Made by a program: the position numbers and the translations under genes
Notes under the pieces: generated by a model
What the model was told of the DNA's origin: nothing
The model's input: the letters and a program-made list of their open reading frames with translations, nothing else
Databases searched by the model: none
Assembly: GCA_026391855.1 (NCBI GenBank)
Contig: JAPLDE010000043.1
Span: 11,505-75,504 of the forward strand
DNA length: 64,000 nt
Reading direction: 5' to 3'
From: Bacteroidota bacterium
GTDB lineage: Bacteria > Bacteroidota > Bacteroidia > Bacteroidales > CAIXZF01
Part shown: positions 1 through 9,734 of the stretch, in pieces
How the letters are laid out: every line of letters begins with the position of its first letter
How positions within the stretch are numbered: the stretch's first letter is position 1

Positions 1-1
1 T

Positions 2-766
2 GCCTATTATACCTTTGATTCTGCGCATTTTAAGGCCTCCTCGAAGGACTTTCAACTATCCATCATGGGTAATAACTTCTCTGAAAATTCTCTTCAGCTG
101 GATTTGCCTGAAATAACTGGTCATCTTCAATTTGAGGGAATGATTCCCTGGCCTGTCCGCTGGTATTCGCCCGGTATCATGGGCCCGTATGCTTTTGTGC
201 CTTTCATGGAGTGTTATCATGGGATCGTCAGCATGGATCATTCAATTCAGGGTCAGTTGGAAATTCAGGGTAGCGAGATCGATTTTGACCAGGGTAGGGG
301 ATATACTGAAAAAGACTGGGGACGCTCATTTCCAAGTGCTTACCTCTGGTTACAATCCAACCACTTCAGCCGGCCGGGAATCTCAGTTAAAGCCTCTGTG
401 GCTAAAATACCCTGGATAAGATCCTCTTTTACCGGGTTCATTGCCGGTTTGTGGATTGATGATCACCTGGTAAGGTTCACCACTTATAATCAATCGGTTT
501 TGCGTAAATGCAACATCGATACCAATAAAGTTGAACTGATTATAGAAAACATGAATTACAGGCTGGAGATACTGGCATGGCGCGATGAAGCTACCTCACT
601 GGCATCACCTCTCCGGGGTATGATGGATGGACGGATCGAAGAAAGCATGGATGCTATGCTTGAAGTTAATCTGGTTGAAATTAAAACGCAACGATCTGTA
701 TTTCAGGATAAAGGACGAAATGCCGGACTGGAAGTAGCAGGGAACATCCGGGAAATCACGGTTTAA
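2..766 (+). CDS. tocopherol cyclase-like protein, 5' end outside window
   Basis: The frame is open from nt 2, with no stop upstream of the listed Met at 65. GYTEKDWGRSFPSAYLWLQSNHF resembles the EKNWG..FP..W.W.Q.N.F signature of the tocopherol cyclase (VTE1) family. Confidence 0.6.
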   Translation, partial: AYYTFDSAHFKASSKDFQLSIMGNNFSENSLQLDLPEITGHLQFEGMIPWPVRWYSPGIMGPYAFVPFMECYHGIVSMDHSIQGQLEIQGSEIDFDQGRGYTEKDWGRSFPSAYLWLQSNHFSRPGISVKASVAKIPWIRSSFTGFIAGLWIDDHLVRFTTYNQSVLRKCNIDTNKVELIIENMNYRLEILAWRDEATSLASPLRGMMDGRIEESMDAMLEVNLVEIKTQRSVFQDKGRNAGLEVAGNIREITV

Positions 767-781
767 GAATGTGATGAAATC

Positions 782-928
782 CTGACTGCTGATTGCTAAC
801 TGCATGGTAATGTGAACATCAGGACACGATGTATCGTGTCCCTACGAAATTATGCTGACTGCCGACTGCTGATTGCTAACTGCATGGTAATGTGAACGTT
901 AGGACATTATGTATCGTGTCCCTACGAA
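782..928. repeat. two tandem copies (782-848, 855-928) of a ~70 bp intergenic element with a hairpin core
   Basis: Both copies share tgctaactgcatggtaatgtgaac + aggacacgatgtatcgtgtcc + ctacgaa. The core GGACACGAT/ATCGTGTCC is a perfect inverted repeat at 822-841 and is degenerate in copy 2. A third copy lies at 2463-2517. Confidence 0.85.
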
Positions 929-949
929 TGTCGACTGCCGACTGCCGAC

Positions 950-1150
950 TCAATCCGTATCTTCCAGCGAAAACAGCTCATTGACCGTTTTACCAAAAAA
1001 CTGCGATAACCTGAGGGCCAGTATGGTGGAAGGTACATACTTGTTCAGTTCGATGGAATTGATCGCCTGTCGGGTCACCCCGATCTGCCTGGCCAGTTCT
1101 TCCTGGGTGATGTCTTTTATAGCCCTTTCCACTTTAAGATTATTTTTCAT
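950..1150 (-). CDS. XRE/Cro-type helix-turn-helix transcriptional regulator (66 aa)
   Basis: ITQEELARQIGVTRQAINSIELNKYVPS is a canonical HTH_3 motif. The size and layout resemble the YozG-like small regulators. Confidence 0.85.
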   Translation of the reverse strand: MKNNLKVERAIKDITQEELARQIGVTRQAINSIELNKYVPSTILALRLSQFFGKTVNELFSLEDTD

Positions 1151-1616
1151 GACCCAGGGATTTGTTGGTTTTGTATAGGATATAATAAAAACGGATGATG
1201 AAGAAGATCAGGATCGTAAACATGTTCAGTATCATTACCATCATGAATTCCAGGTTAAAAAAGAAAAGGAAACACAGGATCAGGATGGCATAATTCACAT
1301 AGGTGGCCCAAACCAGGGATTCCAGTCTTGTTCTGGCAATAAACTCATCTTCCTGCTTTTCCTTCGAAAAGGCTACCAGCAGAGCACCCATGATAAACAG
1401 TATTCCGACTATCGTGTTGGTGTAGTTGCCGTCAATACAACTCATCACTTTTGGTGAAGATAAAAACCCTGTGGAGTAAAGGGTGAACACTCTTGAATCG
1501 GGAATATTGAAGTCAGTTTTAAAAAAAAGAATGAGAACTCCGGCTATCAATGAAGGAACCAATAATATCCAACCAATTCTCTTAAATCGGTTCGGGAACA
1601 AAATACTTGCTTTCAT
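1140..1616 (-). CDS. small integral membrane protein co-transcribed with the HTH regulator
   Basis: 158 aa with about 4 hydrophobic helices. It overlaps the downstream HTH gene by 11 nt, consistent with an operon. No family is recognised. Confidence 0.55.
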   Translation of the reverse strand: MKASILFPNRFKRIGWILLVPSLIAGVLILFFKTDFNIPDSRVFTLYSTGFLSSPKVMSCIDGNYTNTIVGILFIMGALLVAFSKEKQEDEFIARTRLESLVWATYVNYAILILCFLFFFNLEFMMVMILNMFTILIFFIIRFYYILYKTNKSLGHEK

Positions 1617-1846
1617 GGCTTTAAGTTTTTATGATTACGCAACAAATGTAATGCATAATTTACTAAAAAGCAAGTAAAAGTTACAAAAAGTAATCTAATA
1701 ATTACATTTCAAAATATTTCTGTCAAAAATTTTCTATTTCAGGGTACAAAATGCATCTAATAATAGAAAAGGGGTGGAATATTTTGTGATAATGAATACC
1801 ACCCTCTTTAATTGTGTAATTTTGTAGTAATAAATGATTTAGAAAG

Positions 1847-2419
1847 ATGAAAGCAGGCAGGGCAAGTGAAGGGCTCACTTATGAGAAGGTTTTGAAAATG
1901 TTCGAGGAAACAGATAAGAAGTTCCAGGAAACAGATAAGAAGTTCCAGGAAACAGCCCAGCAGTTTAAAGAAACAGATAAAAAAATTGATAAACTCGAGG
2001 GCTTTTTTTCGAGTCAATGGGGGAAATTCATCGAATCACTGGTAGAAGGCGATCTTGTTAATTTGTTGAATGAAAGGAATATAAGTATACACTTCACATC
2101 CACCAACAATAAACTCCTGTATGAAGGCAAAGAATATGAATTTGATATTCTGGCAGTAAATTCTGACGAGGTAGTTGTAGTGGAAGTTAAAACCAGTCTG
2201 AAAGTGGAGGATGTCAAATGGTTTTTAGAAGAACTTTCCCTTTTTCGTAAAATGTTGAAAAAATACGAGTCTTGTCGTGTATATGGTGCCGTTGCCTATT
2301 TGAAAGCGAGTGAAGCAGCCGATAAATATGCATACAGGAATGGTCTTTTTGTCATTAAAGCTACCGGTAACAGTGCTATCATCACTAATGACAAAAAATT
2401 TGAGCCGAGGAGTTTTTAA
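1847..2419 (+). CDS. coiled-coil + PD-(D/E)xK nuclease-fold-like protein (DUF3782-like)
   Basis: The N-terminus carries the repeat ETDKKFQETDKKFQETAQQFKETDKKIDKL. It is followed by EFDILAVNSDEVVVVEVK, a D...E.K restriction-endonuclease-like core. Confidence 0.5.
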   Translation: MKAGRASEGLTYEKVLKMFEETDKKFQETDKKFQETAQQFKETDKKIDKLEGFFSSQWGKFIESLVEGDLVNLLNERNISIHFTSTNNKLLYEGKEYEFDILAVNSDEVVVVEVKTSLKVEDVKWFLEELSLFRKMLKKYESCRVYGAVAYLKASEAADKYAYRNGLFVIKATGNSAIITNDKKFEPRSF

Positions 2420-2462
2420 TTCTCCTTATAGCTTTCTTGTCATTCCAGCATTAAAAAGACCA

Positions 2463-2517
2463 CTGCTAACTGCTTGGTAATGTGAACATCAGGACACGAT
2501 ATATCGTGTCCCTACGA
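2463..2517. repeat. third copy of the hairpin element seen at 782-928
   Basis: ctgctaactgcttggtaatgtgaacatcaggacacgatatatcgtgtccctacga; the hairpin GGACACGAT..ATCGTGTCC lies at 2492-2511. Confidence 0.85.
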
Positions 2518-2528
2518 CTACGACTACG

Positions 2529-2632
<104 letters not shown>

Positions 2633-2634
2633 AA

Positions 2635-5052
2635 CTACCTGATCGAACTGACTTTGAAGATTTTACAGCCGTTGGAAGTAAAAATTCTGCAAAGGTAGAA
2701 TCCAGAAGGCAGATCAGTTTTTATTGTACCGGAGGAACCTGAATCCAATCCTGTGTATTGCCGGACCAACCTTCCTGAAGCATCGAGTATCTCGATCTTG
2801 TCAATTGCCGATATACAAGACCGAAAGTCGACGGTAACCAATCCATTGCAGGGATTTGGGTAGATCAGAACAGGGTAGGGGTCTTTATCCGGATCGCTGA
2901 TTCCTTCTCCGGGAATTAAAACACGGGTCCGGAAGGCGCTGTTGGTGTATGTTGATGCGACCAGGTTCCAGCCGGAACTTGTCTGAAACGGGCTTGACAG
3001 GGCCGACACCTGGACAGCCGGGAGTCCGTCATTGGAGGGATCCCAGCTATGTCCGCCATCGGTGGAGATCATCACACCGTCCTGGGAGGTGGCGGCATAG
3101 ATCACGTCTGAATTTTGAGGGCTGATGGCCATGTCGCATATCCTGGAATAGGTTCCGAGACTTAAGGATGACGGGCTCCAGGTGCTTCCGGTATCTTCAG
3201 AGATGAAGATCCTCCCATGATTGCCATAGCCTCCCAGTCCTGCCAGGAGAGTTGTCGGGTCGTCAGGGTTGCTGACCAGGGCACCGAACCATTTTTCATT
3301 GGAAGGTAACCCGCTGCTGATTGAATTCCAGGTCGTTCCGCCATCATTACTTTTCAGGATCCCGCCAAGAATTTCGTTTTTAAAACAAGCGTAAACCTGC
3401 TGGTCACCGGTTCCGGGGGCGATGAAAAGATACCTGAAACTTTCGGAATTGTCGGGGGAGCCCTGGTATACATTCACCCAGGTTTGACCGCCGTCGGTTG
3501 TCCGGTAGATCATCGAGGCCCATCCATTGTTGCCGAAGTTATTGCCGCCTATGAACAACAGGTTTGGGTTGGTCAGGGAGGCCGCCAGTGCCCAGATCTC
3601 CGTCTCAAAATAGTTTCCGATATTCGGGCCCATATTGTACCAGGTAAGTCCATTGTCCATCGACTTGTATAATCCTTCCTGCCCGATGGAGGTCGGGCCA
3701 TTGGACCAGGCGTACATTGTACCGTCTGATCCGAAGGTTACCTTGGAAAACCGGGTGGCAGGCAATCCGGCAATCAATGTCCAGGTAGTTCCTGTATCGG
3801 CCGACAGGTAACAACCTCCTGAATTTTCTGCTTCAAAACCAAGGATGATCCGGGAAGGGTCATTAACGTCGACCTCAATATCATCGATTGTAAGTGTGGC
3901 AATACCATTATTCGAATAAACCCAGGATGAACCGGCATCACTGCTTTTGCAAACGGCAATACTTAAAAACCCGGCGTAAATAATATCGGTCGAGCCTGGT
4001 CTGAAGAGCAGCGTACGGGCAGCTCCGTTATCACCGGCACCGGTGGCAGAATAATTCCATGTAACCCCTCCGTCTGAAGTGGAATAAATACCATCTCCTT
4101 CTGTAGCAACATACATCATATTATGATCTACAGGATTGATTAACAAAGCATTGGATACTTTATTGGGAAAGGAACCGGAAATATTTGACCACAATATACC
4201 CAGATTGGTGCTTTCGTAAACCCCCATATTCTGGCTACCATATAACTGTCCTCCGGCAACATACACCTTTCCGCCTGCCATCACGATGTGGTTATAGGGT
4301 TTTCCGACCGGCAGCCCGTAGCTCCGGTCCTCCCAGTTTCCCCCCCCGTCTGTGCTGCCAACGACCAGGGCATCACTGAACCCACTTCTTCCGATGGCAA
4401 AAACATACTGGCTGTTATCCGGGTCTACGCATATATCTACTACCGTATTGCCAACAGGTAGGGAGGCCGTCATGTCTATGGCTGTCCAGCTAAGCCCTCC
4501 ATCGGTCGATTTTACAATGACCCTGTTCGCAACAGAACCCAGGATGGATGTAAGTCCGACGTATATGGTATTCGTGTCATTAGGGTCCATGGCAACGCAG
4601 GTCCCGGTAGTATTAACAGGAATGTTGCGGGTTTGCCAGCTTATGCCGCCATCCGTTGACCTGAGTATTTTTCCGGCCAGTGCCGGGCTTGTGGCTATCA
4701 TCAGCCCATTGGAGGCGGATTCGATGGCATTTACAGAACTACTGCTAAGGGATGCCAGTGCGTTCAGTACGGTCCATGAGTTTCCACCGTCTTCACTGAC
4801 ATACGGAAAACCACCCACGGCAAAGATCCTGTCAGGGTTTATCGGATCCGCAGCCATATCGGTGATATCCCCTCCAAAAGGGCCGATTGGGTGCCAGCTG
4901 TTGCCGGCAGCAGGTAATTCAGTGTAAGAACCATTTCCATCTTTAACCAACCTAGGGCTACTTCCTTGATAATCAAGGATGTGATTGATTTTTTGGGCAA
5001 AACCTGCATGAATAAGCAGGAATCCGGCAAACATGATGATTAATTTCTTCAT
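2635..5052 (-). CDS. secreted BNR/Asp-box beta-propeller protein (sortilin/VPS10- or GH74-like) with T9SS type A C-terminal domain
   Basis: There is an N-terminal signal peptide and about 12 S/T-x-D-G-G-x-(S/T)-W Asp-box motifs ([24 protein letters not shown] and others). The C-terminus reads [15 protein letters not shown]...[12 protein letters not shown], like a Por secretion tail. Confidence 0.8.
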
Positions 5053-5300
5053 TTTGAGGTAGTTTCAATGAAAAGCAAACTGGGTTTCAATAGGGGAGTG
5101 CAATTTACAGGAATTTCAGGTAATTCCGAAAGCTTTTACCACAGACTAATAATTCTACAATCTAAAATCCAAAATCCAAAATCTGAAACTCGCCTACGAC
5201 CCATTGCCTTCTTTCAAAAGTGTTGCGATAGTTCCGGGTTGAACAAAAAGCAATATCAATATTAATTGAATTATAACAAAGACAGAGTAATTGATATATC

Positions 5301-6485
5301 CTAAAAAAGATCACCTGGATTGAATGACAGAAATTCGTTTAATGGAATCCCTGTTTTGCCGATCAGTAAGACCCGGTACGGCTGAAAACGCTTCTGAAAG
5401 GCTTCCATACCGGTTCGTTTATGGGTTTCACCTGAAGAAACTTCCAACCCGATCACTTTGTCATTTTTTTGAACCACAAAATCCACTTCATCATTCCGCT
5501 CCCGCCAGTAATTAACTGTGATCCTTTCGGTCAGGATATGGTTTGCCAAATGAGCGCCAACCGCTGATTCTACGAGCCAACCCCAATGAGCAGACTGATT
5601 TTTAATGTCATTAAAGGTCTCGTGACGCTGTGCAGCTATTAAAGCTGTGTTTAGAACCTGGAATTTGGGGCTTGAGGATCGCTGTCTCGCCTGGTTATTT
5701 GAGAATTTTTCTAATCCCGTAATTAATCCTGCCTGGCTGAGAAGATCCAGATAGTGCGAAAGTGTTGTTGTATTTCCGGCAGTAACTAACTGGCCCAGGA
5801 TTTTATTAAACGAAAATACCTGGCCCGAATAAGCACAGCCTAATTCAAACAAACGACGAAGCAGGGCTGGTTTTTCAATACGCGTAAGCATTAAGATATC
5901 TTTAGAGATACTTGTTTCAATAATCGAATCGCTGATGTACTGTTTCCACCTGACTTCCTGATCCATGATACCGGCAGAACCAGGATATCCCCCAAACCAT
6001 ACATATTGATTGATATCGATACCAAAGGCTGACCTCATTTCAGAAAATGACCAATGACTGGCATAAATCATTTCAAAACGACCGGTTAATGACTCAGATA
6101 ATCCTTGCTTTAATAAAAGTCGTGATGAGCCTGACAGAAGCACTTTAATCGGAATCCCATTCAGGGAATCTGCATCCCATTGGGTCTTAACCAGTTCACT
6201 CCAATTATCGATCTTCTGAATTTCATCAAAAATTAATAAAAAATCCGTGGATGGATTTTGAAACTGTTTGACACGGGCAATATCCCATTGTTCATTAATC
6301 CAGATATGCCCGGTTGGAACCAGGCCATCTGCTGTTGCATAATGCGACGGAAAAGGAAGTTCCTGCATTACTTGTGTTACGAGGGTAGTCTTTCCTACCT
6401 GCCTGGGACCTGCAAACACCTGAATAAACCTTCTGGGTTCAATTAGCCTCTCTCTAACTGTCTGAAATAAAGCTCTCTGATACAT
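5301..6485 (-). CDS. AAA-family ATPase with DUF4143-type C-terminal domain
   Basis: Walker A is GPRQVGKTT and Walker B is LLIFDEIQK. The 394 aa length and overall layout are typical of the AAA_14/DUF4143 ATP-binding proteins. Confidence 0.8.
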   Translation of the reverse strand: MYQRALFQTVRERLIEPRRFIQVFAGPRQVGKTTLVTQVMQELPFPSHYATADGLVPTGHIWINEQWDIARVKQFQNPSTDFLLIFDEIQKIDNWSELVKTQWDADSLNGIPIKVLLSGSSRLLLKQGLSESLTGRFEMIYASHWSFSEMRSAFGIDINQYVWFGGYPGSAGIMDQEVRWKQYISDSIIETSISKDILMLTRIEKPALLRRLFELGCAYSGQVFSFNKILGQLVTAGNTTTLSHYLDLLSQAGLITGLEKFSNNQARQRSSSPKFQVLNTALIAAQRHETFNDIKNQSAHWGWLVESAVGAHLANHILTERITVNYWRERNDEVDFVVQKNDKVIGLEVSSGETHKRTGMEAFQKRFQPYRVLLIGKTGIPLNEFLSFNPGDLF

Positions 6486-6843
6486 TAATTACCAATTACT
6501 CAAAATGGTGAGTAAAATTACTAGATTTTATTGAATAAAGCAATTAAAAGATGCGTTTATACAAATCGTAACCTTTCATACCTCACATCATCACCTTTAC
6601 ACAATTAACTAATTTCACCTAAACTATTGTATTTCAGTATTATAATTAGTTTTAACAATACCTTTTACTGTGTTATTGTATGTTAATCAATGTTAATCAG
6701 TGGTTAATATTACTTAAGCTGCAAGCTACTACAGCTTAAAGCTCCCCCGGGTCGAAAAAGCATTGATGTTGCGATTACAATTGCATTAATATTCCATGTG
6801 ACCATTGGAATCAAAATTATTTGCAGATGAAATGCCTTGTCTT

Positions 6844-7440
6844 TCAGTTCTTTAAACACCGAACACTGAAACAATACTTTTTGGGAACGGTGGTCCTGTT
6901 GGCATTAATAGTCTTTGCCCCAATATTCCTGATCCAGGCAGATGTTTCTGTATAAGCAGTCGAAGTCCAGAAATAAGCTTGCTGGTCAATAAAGCTAAAG
7001 GCCTGTATTTCAGGAAAATAATTCCCTCCAAAACAACGGATAAATCCTTCATTCTCATTTCCCTTCATGGCTTTTCCGGCCTGGTCGATCCCACCCAGAA
7101 AGTCGGTAAGCTGGGTCCATTCCTTATCGGTCGGAAGATGCCAGCCTTCGGGACAGATCCCCTGGCAGCCTACTTTATCGGAAGCATTCATGGCTACAGT
7201 CCAGGAATACAATTTCCCATATTTTTTACCATACTGGCTGTCGTTCATGTAGTTGAAGCATTCAACCGGTCTCCCGTCAGGGGCGTGGGTTATGCTGAGG
7301 TTGTCGGCCATCCAGGTCTGCTCCCCGATCTGTAAAATCCGGTATTTGTTACCTTCCCTGTCGATAAGGCTATCTTGGGAAATCGCTGAGAATGAAATGA
7401 TCAGCAGTGCAACTATTTGAATACATGAAAGATACCTCAT
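6844..7440 (-). CDS. FISUMP (Fibrobacter succinogenes major paralogous) domain protein, secreted
   Basis: A signal peptide is present. YGKLYSWTVAM...GICPEGWHLPTDKEWTQL...AYFWTST matches the FISUMP domain signature. Confidence 0.8.
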   Translation of the reverse strand: MRYLSCIQIVALLIISFSAISQDSLIDREGNKYRILQIGEQTWMADNLSITHAPDGRPVECFNYMNDSQYGKKYGKLYSWTVAMNASDKVGCQGICPEGWHLPTDKEWTQLTDFLGGIDQAGKAMKGNENEGFIRCFGGNYFPEIQAFSFIDQQAYFWTSTAYTETSAWIRNIGAKTINANRTTVPKKYCFSVRCLKN

Positions 7441-7472
7441 GGATTTATTTATTTGAATTTTTTTTAATAAAT

Positions 7473-7516
7473 AGTGATACTAATGCGCTTTATTGGTCGT
7501 TTTTGTTTTATCTTTG
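7473..7516 (+). promoter_or_regulatory. putative promoter: conserved upstream box AGTGATACTAATGCGCTTTA plus -7 box TATCTTTG
   Basis: The TAnnTTTG box is at 7509-7516. The 20-nt box starts exactly 36 nt upstream of it. The same box and spacing recur at 15713-15756. Confidence 0.45.
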
Positions 7517-7552
7517 CAAAAAAAAAATCGATCAAAATTAACAAACCCAATC

Positions 7553-8029
7553 ATGCAACGGATCAGGCTTTTTACTTTTATTTCAGTAAGTATCTTATTA
7601 TTAAACTGTAGCGGTAACGGAACTGCCGGTAAGGGAGATCCCGGCAAAGCAGGTTCAGTGGCCAATGCCCCCATTCAGATGACCAAAGCTGATTTTATAC
7701 AGAAAGTCTTTGATTATGAGAAGAATAAAGAATGGAAATACAAGGGGGATGTCCCATGTATCATTGACTTTTATGCTAACTGGTGTAAGCCCTGCAAGAT
7801 GATCAGTCCATACCTGGAGGAAATTGCCTCGACGTATGCCGGCAAACTGAGAGTTTATAAAATCAACATCGACGAAGAGAAAGAACTGGCCAACGCTTTT
7901 CAGATAGAGAGCATCCCTGCCGTTTTGTTTGTGCCGCTCAACGGGCAGCCGCAAATGAGTGTGGGGGCTTTGCCCAAAGAGGAATATGAGAAGGTAGTGA
8001 CTACAACCTTATTGGTTAACAAACAATAA
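7553..8029 (+). CDS. exported (possibly lipoprotein) thioredoxin-family protein
   Basis: The start is chosen at MQRIRLFTFISVSILLLNCSG, a signal peptide with Cys. The thioredoxin fold carries the active site WCKPCK. Confidence 0.85.
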   Translation: MQRIRLFTFISVSILLLNCSGNGTAGKGDPGKAGSVANAPIQMTKADFIQKVFDYEKNKEWKYKGDVPCIIDFYANWCKPCKMISPYLEEIASTYAGKLRVYKINIDEEKELANAFQIESIPAVLFVPLNGQPQMSVGALPKEEYEKVVTTTLLVNKQ

Positions 8030-8062
8030 GTTACTGATAATTATTAATAAAAATCAAATCAT

Positions 8063-8422
8063 ATGGAACATCTAACAAAGCAGACCTTCATCGATAAGGT
8101 CTTCAATTTTGAAGCAAATAAAGAATGGAAGTTTAAAGGAGAGCTTCCCTGTCTAATTGATTTCTATGCCGACTGGTGCGGACCCTGCAAAATGGTAGCC
8201 CCAATCCTGGAGGAACTTTCCAAAGAATTTGAAGGGAAGATCAACATTTATAAGATTGATACCGGGGAACAGCAGGAACTGGCCTCCGTCTTTGGCATCC
8301 GTAGTATTCCCTCCCTTTTATTCGTTCCCCTTGAAGGACAACCCCAGATGGCTATGGGCGCACTCCCCAAACAGTCGCTGCAAAGCGCCATCAATGAAAT
8401 CCTTTTAAACAACAAGAGTTAA
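8063..8422 (+). CDS. thioredoxin-family protein (cytoplasmic paralog of the preceding gene)
   Basis: The active site is WCGPCK. It is roughly 60 percent identical by eye to the mature part of the 7553-8029 product and has no signal peptide. Confidence 0.9.
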   Translation: MEHLTKQTFIDKVFNFEANKEWKFKGELPCLIDFYADWCGPCKMVAPILEELSKEFEGKINIYKIDTGEQQELASVFGIRSIPSLLFVPLEGQPQMAMGALPKQSLQSAINEILLNNKS

Positions 8423-8484
8423 TATACTTAAATCCTTAACCCTGCCAGGGTTTCAACCCCTGTCAGGGCTAATCCGTAACTCGT

Positions 8485-9186
8485 TTACCCTTTCAGGCTG
8501 ATCTGTTCCAGGAGGTCAGGGTTATTAATGGTGATTGATTTGCCTTTGATTGAGATAATGCCCTCATTTTTAAATTTGATGAGCACCCGTGTAGTACTTT
8601 CCCTGGATAACCCGATCAGGTCGGCAAACTCCCGTTGTGAAAACGGAAGGTCGAACCGGTCATTCTCAAAGACGATACCGGAAAAATACAAAATGGCATC
8701 GGCTACTCTCCCGTAGATCTTTTTGTGAGATTGCTTGATGAAACGGTTAAAGTTATTCAAGCTGTCTTTACAAACCGAGATCAGTATCTGCTGCGCAAAT
8801 TCTCCGTTTTGCCTGATCAGCCGGTTGAAAACATTGATGTCAATATAGCAGATATGGCTGTTTTCCAGGGCAGCATAGGAATAGTGATTGATCCTGTCGC
8901 TGAACAGGGAAGGCAGGCCTAAATAAGTATGCTGCTTTACGATCTGAAGGATCTGTTCCCGCCCGTTGGGCTGACGGATAAACTCTTTCACCAGTCCGGT
9001 CTTAAGGTAAATGATGTGAGAGGTCATCGATCCTTCATGCAGGATGATATCCCCCTTTTTTACTTCATTTTCAAGGCTGTTCATGTTTACCAGTTCCAGT
9101 TCACTGATCTTAAGAACCGCAGCAGCACAGGAGATGTCCTTGCAATCATGGCAACTGTTCAGTTTTCCGGGTATGGCTGTTATCAT
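8485..9186 (-). CDS. Crp/Fnr-family transcriptional regulator with FNR-like cysteine set
   Basis: It has a cNMP-binding-like beta-roll and a C-terminal HTH (FADLIGLSRESTTRVLIKF). Cys12-x2-Cys15-x4-Cys20 plus Cys113 (ALENSHICYIDINVF) parallel the E. coli FNR C20/C23/C29/C122 cluster ligands. Confidence 0.9.
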   Translation of the reverse strand: MITAIPGKLNSCHDCKDISCAAAVLKISELELVNMNSLENEVKKGDIILHEGSMTSHIIYLKTGLVKEFIRQPNGREQILQIVKQHTYLGLPSLFSDRINHYSYAALENSHICYIDINVFNRLIRQNGEFAQQILISVCKDSLNNFNRFIKQSHKKIYGRVADAILYFSGIVFENDRFDLPFSQREFADLIGLSRESTTRVLIKFKNEGIISIKGKSITINNPDLLEQISLKG

Positions 9187-9258
9187 TGCCTGGTGTATTA
9201 GTTCTCAATAAAATGAGTATGATGTTACATCAAAACACAAAATTAATCATAAAATAAA

Positions 9259-9274
9259 TGTGATAATTATCACA
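9259..9274. promoter_or_regulatory. perfect CRP-type palindrome TGTGATAATTATCACA
   Basis: Read directly. It lies in the divergent spacer between the crp/fnr gene (start 9186) and the nifX-like operon (start 9393). A second perfect palindrome, TCACAGCTGTGA, lies at 9292-9303. Confidence 0.65.
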
Positions 9275-9392
9275 AACCATAATAAAAAGTATCACAGCTG
9301 TGAATCCATCTGCCATTTTGAAACGACCTAATTTTGAATGACATAAACATTTCAATTCTTTGTTCACCGGATTGAACCTAATATCATAATAA

Positions 9393-9734
9393 ATGAAAGT
9401 GGCAATACCAACGGATGACGGACTTCATATTTCTCCAAACTGTGAGCGGGCAAAGGGTTTCATGGTGGCTTCCGTGGAAAACGGGCATATTACCGGAGAA
9501 GAGATGCGCTGGAATCCCAGCCCTGATCCGACAGACCCCAGAACGGCGGCCCTCGCGGTCATAGAGGATTGCAATGTCATTATAGCAGGCGACAAATGGC
9601 ACAATTGTGCTTATGTACATGAGGTCACCGATAAAGAGATCATTGTTGTCAGGGAGAACATCATCACCAATGTGCTGGTCGATTACCTGACCATGATGCT
9701 CATGCGGGATTCAAATACCTGTTGTTGCCCCTGA
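9393..9734 (+). CDS. NifB/NifX-type (dinitrogenase Fe-Mo cofactor biosynthesis domain) protein with C-terminal CCCP
   Basis: MKVAIPTDDGLHISPNCERAKGFMVASVENG matches the usual MKIAIPT..G..IS.HFG.A..F start of this domain family. It ends in ...SNTCCCP. Confidence 0.6.
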   Translation: MKVAIPTDDGLHISPNCERAKGFMVASVENGHITGEEMRWNPSPDPTDPRTAALAVIEDCNVIIAGDKWHNCAYVHEVTDKEIIVVRENIITNVLVDYLTMMLMRDSNTCCCP

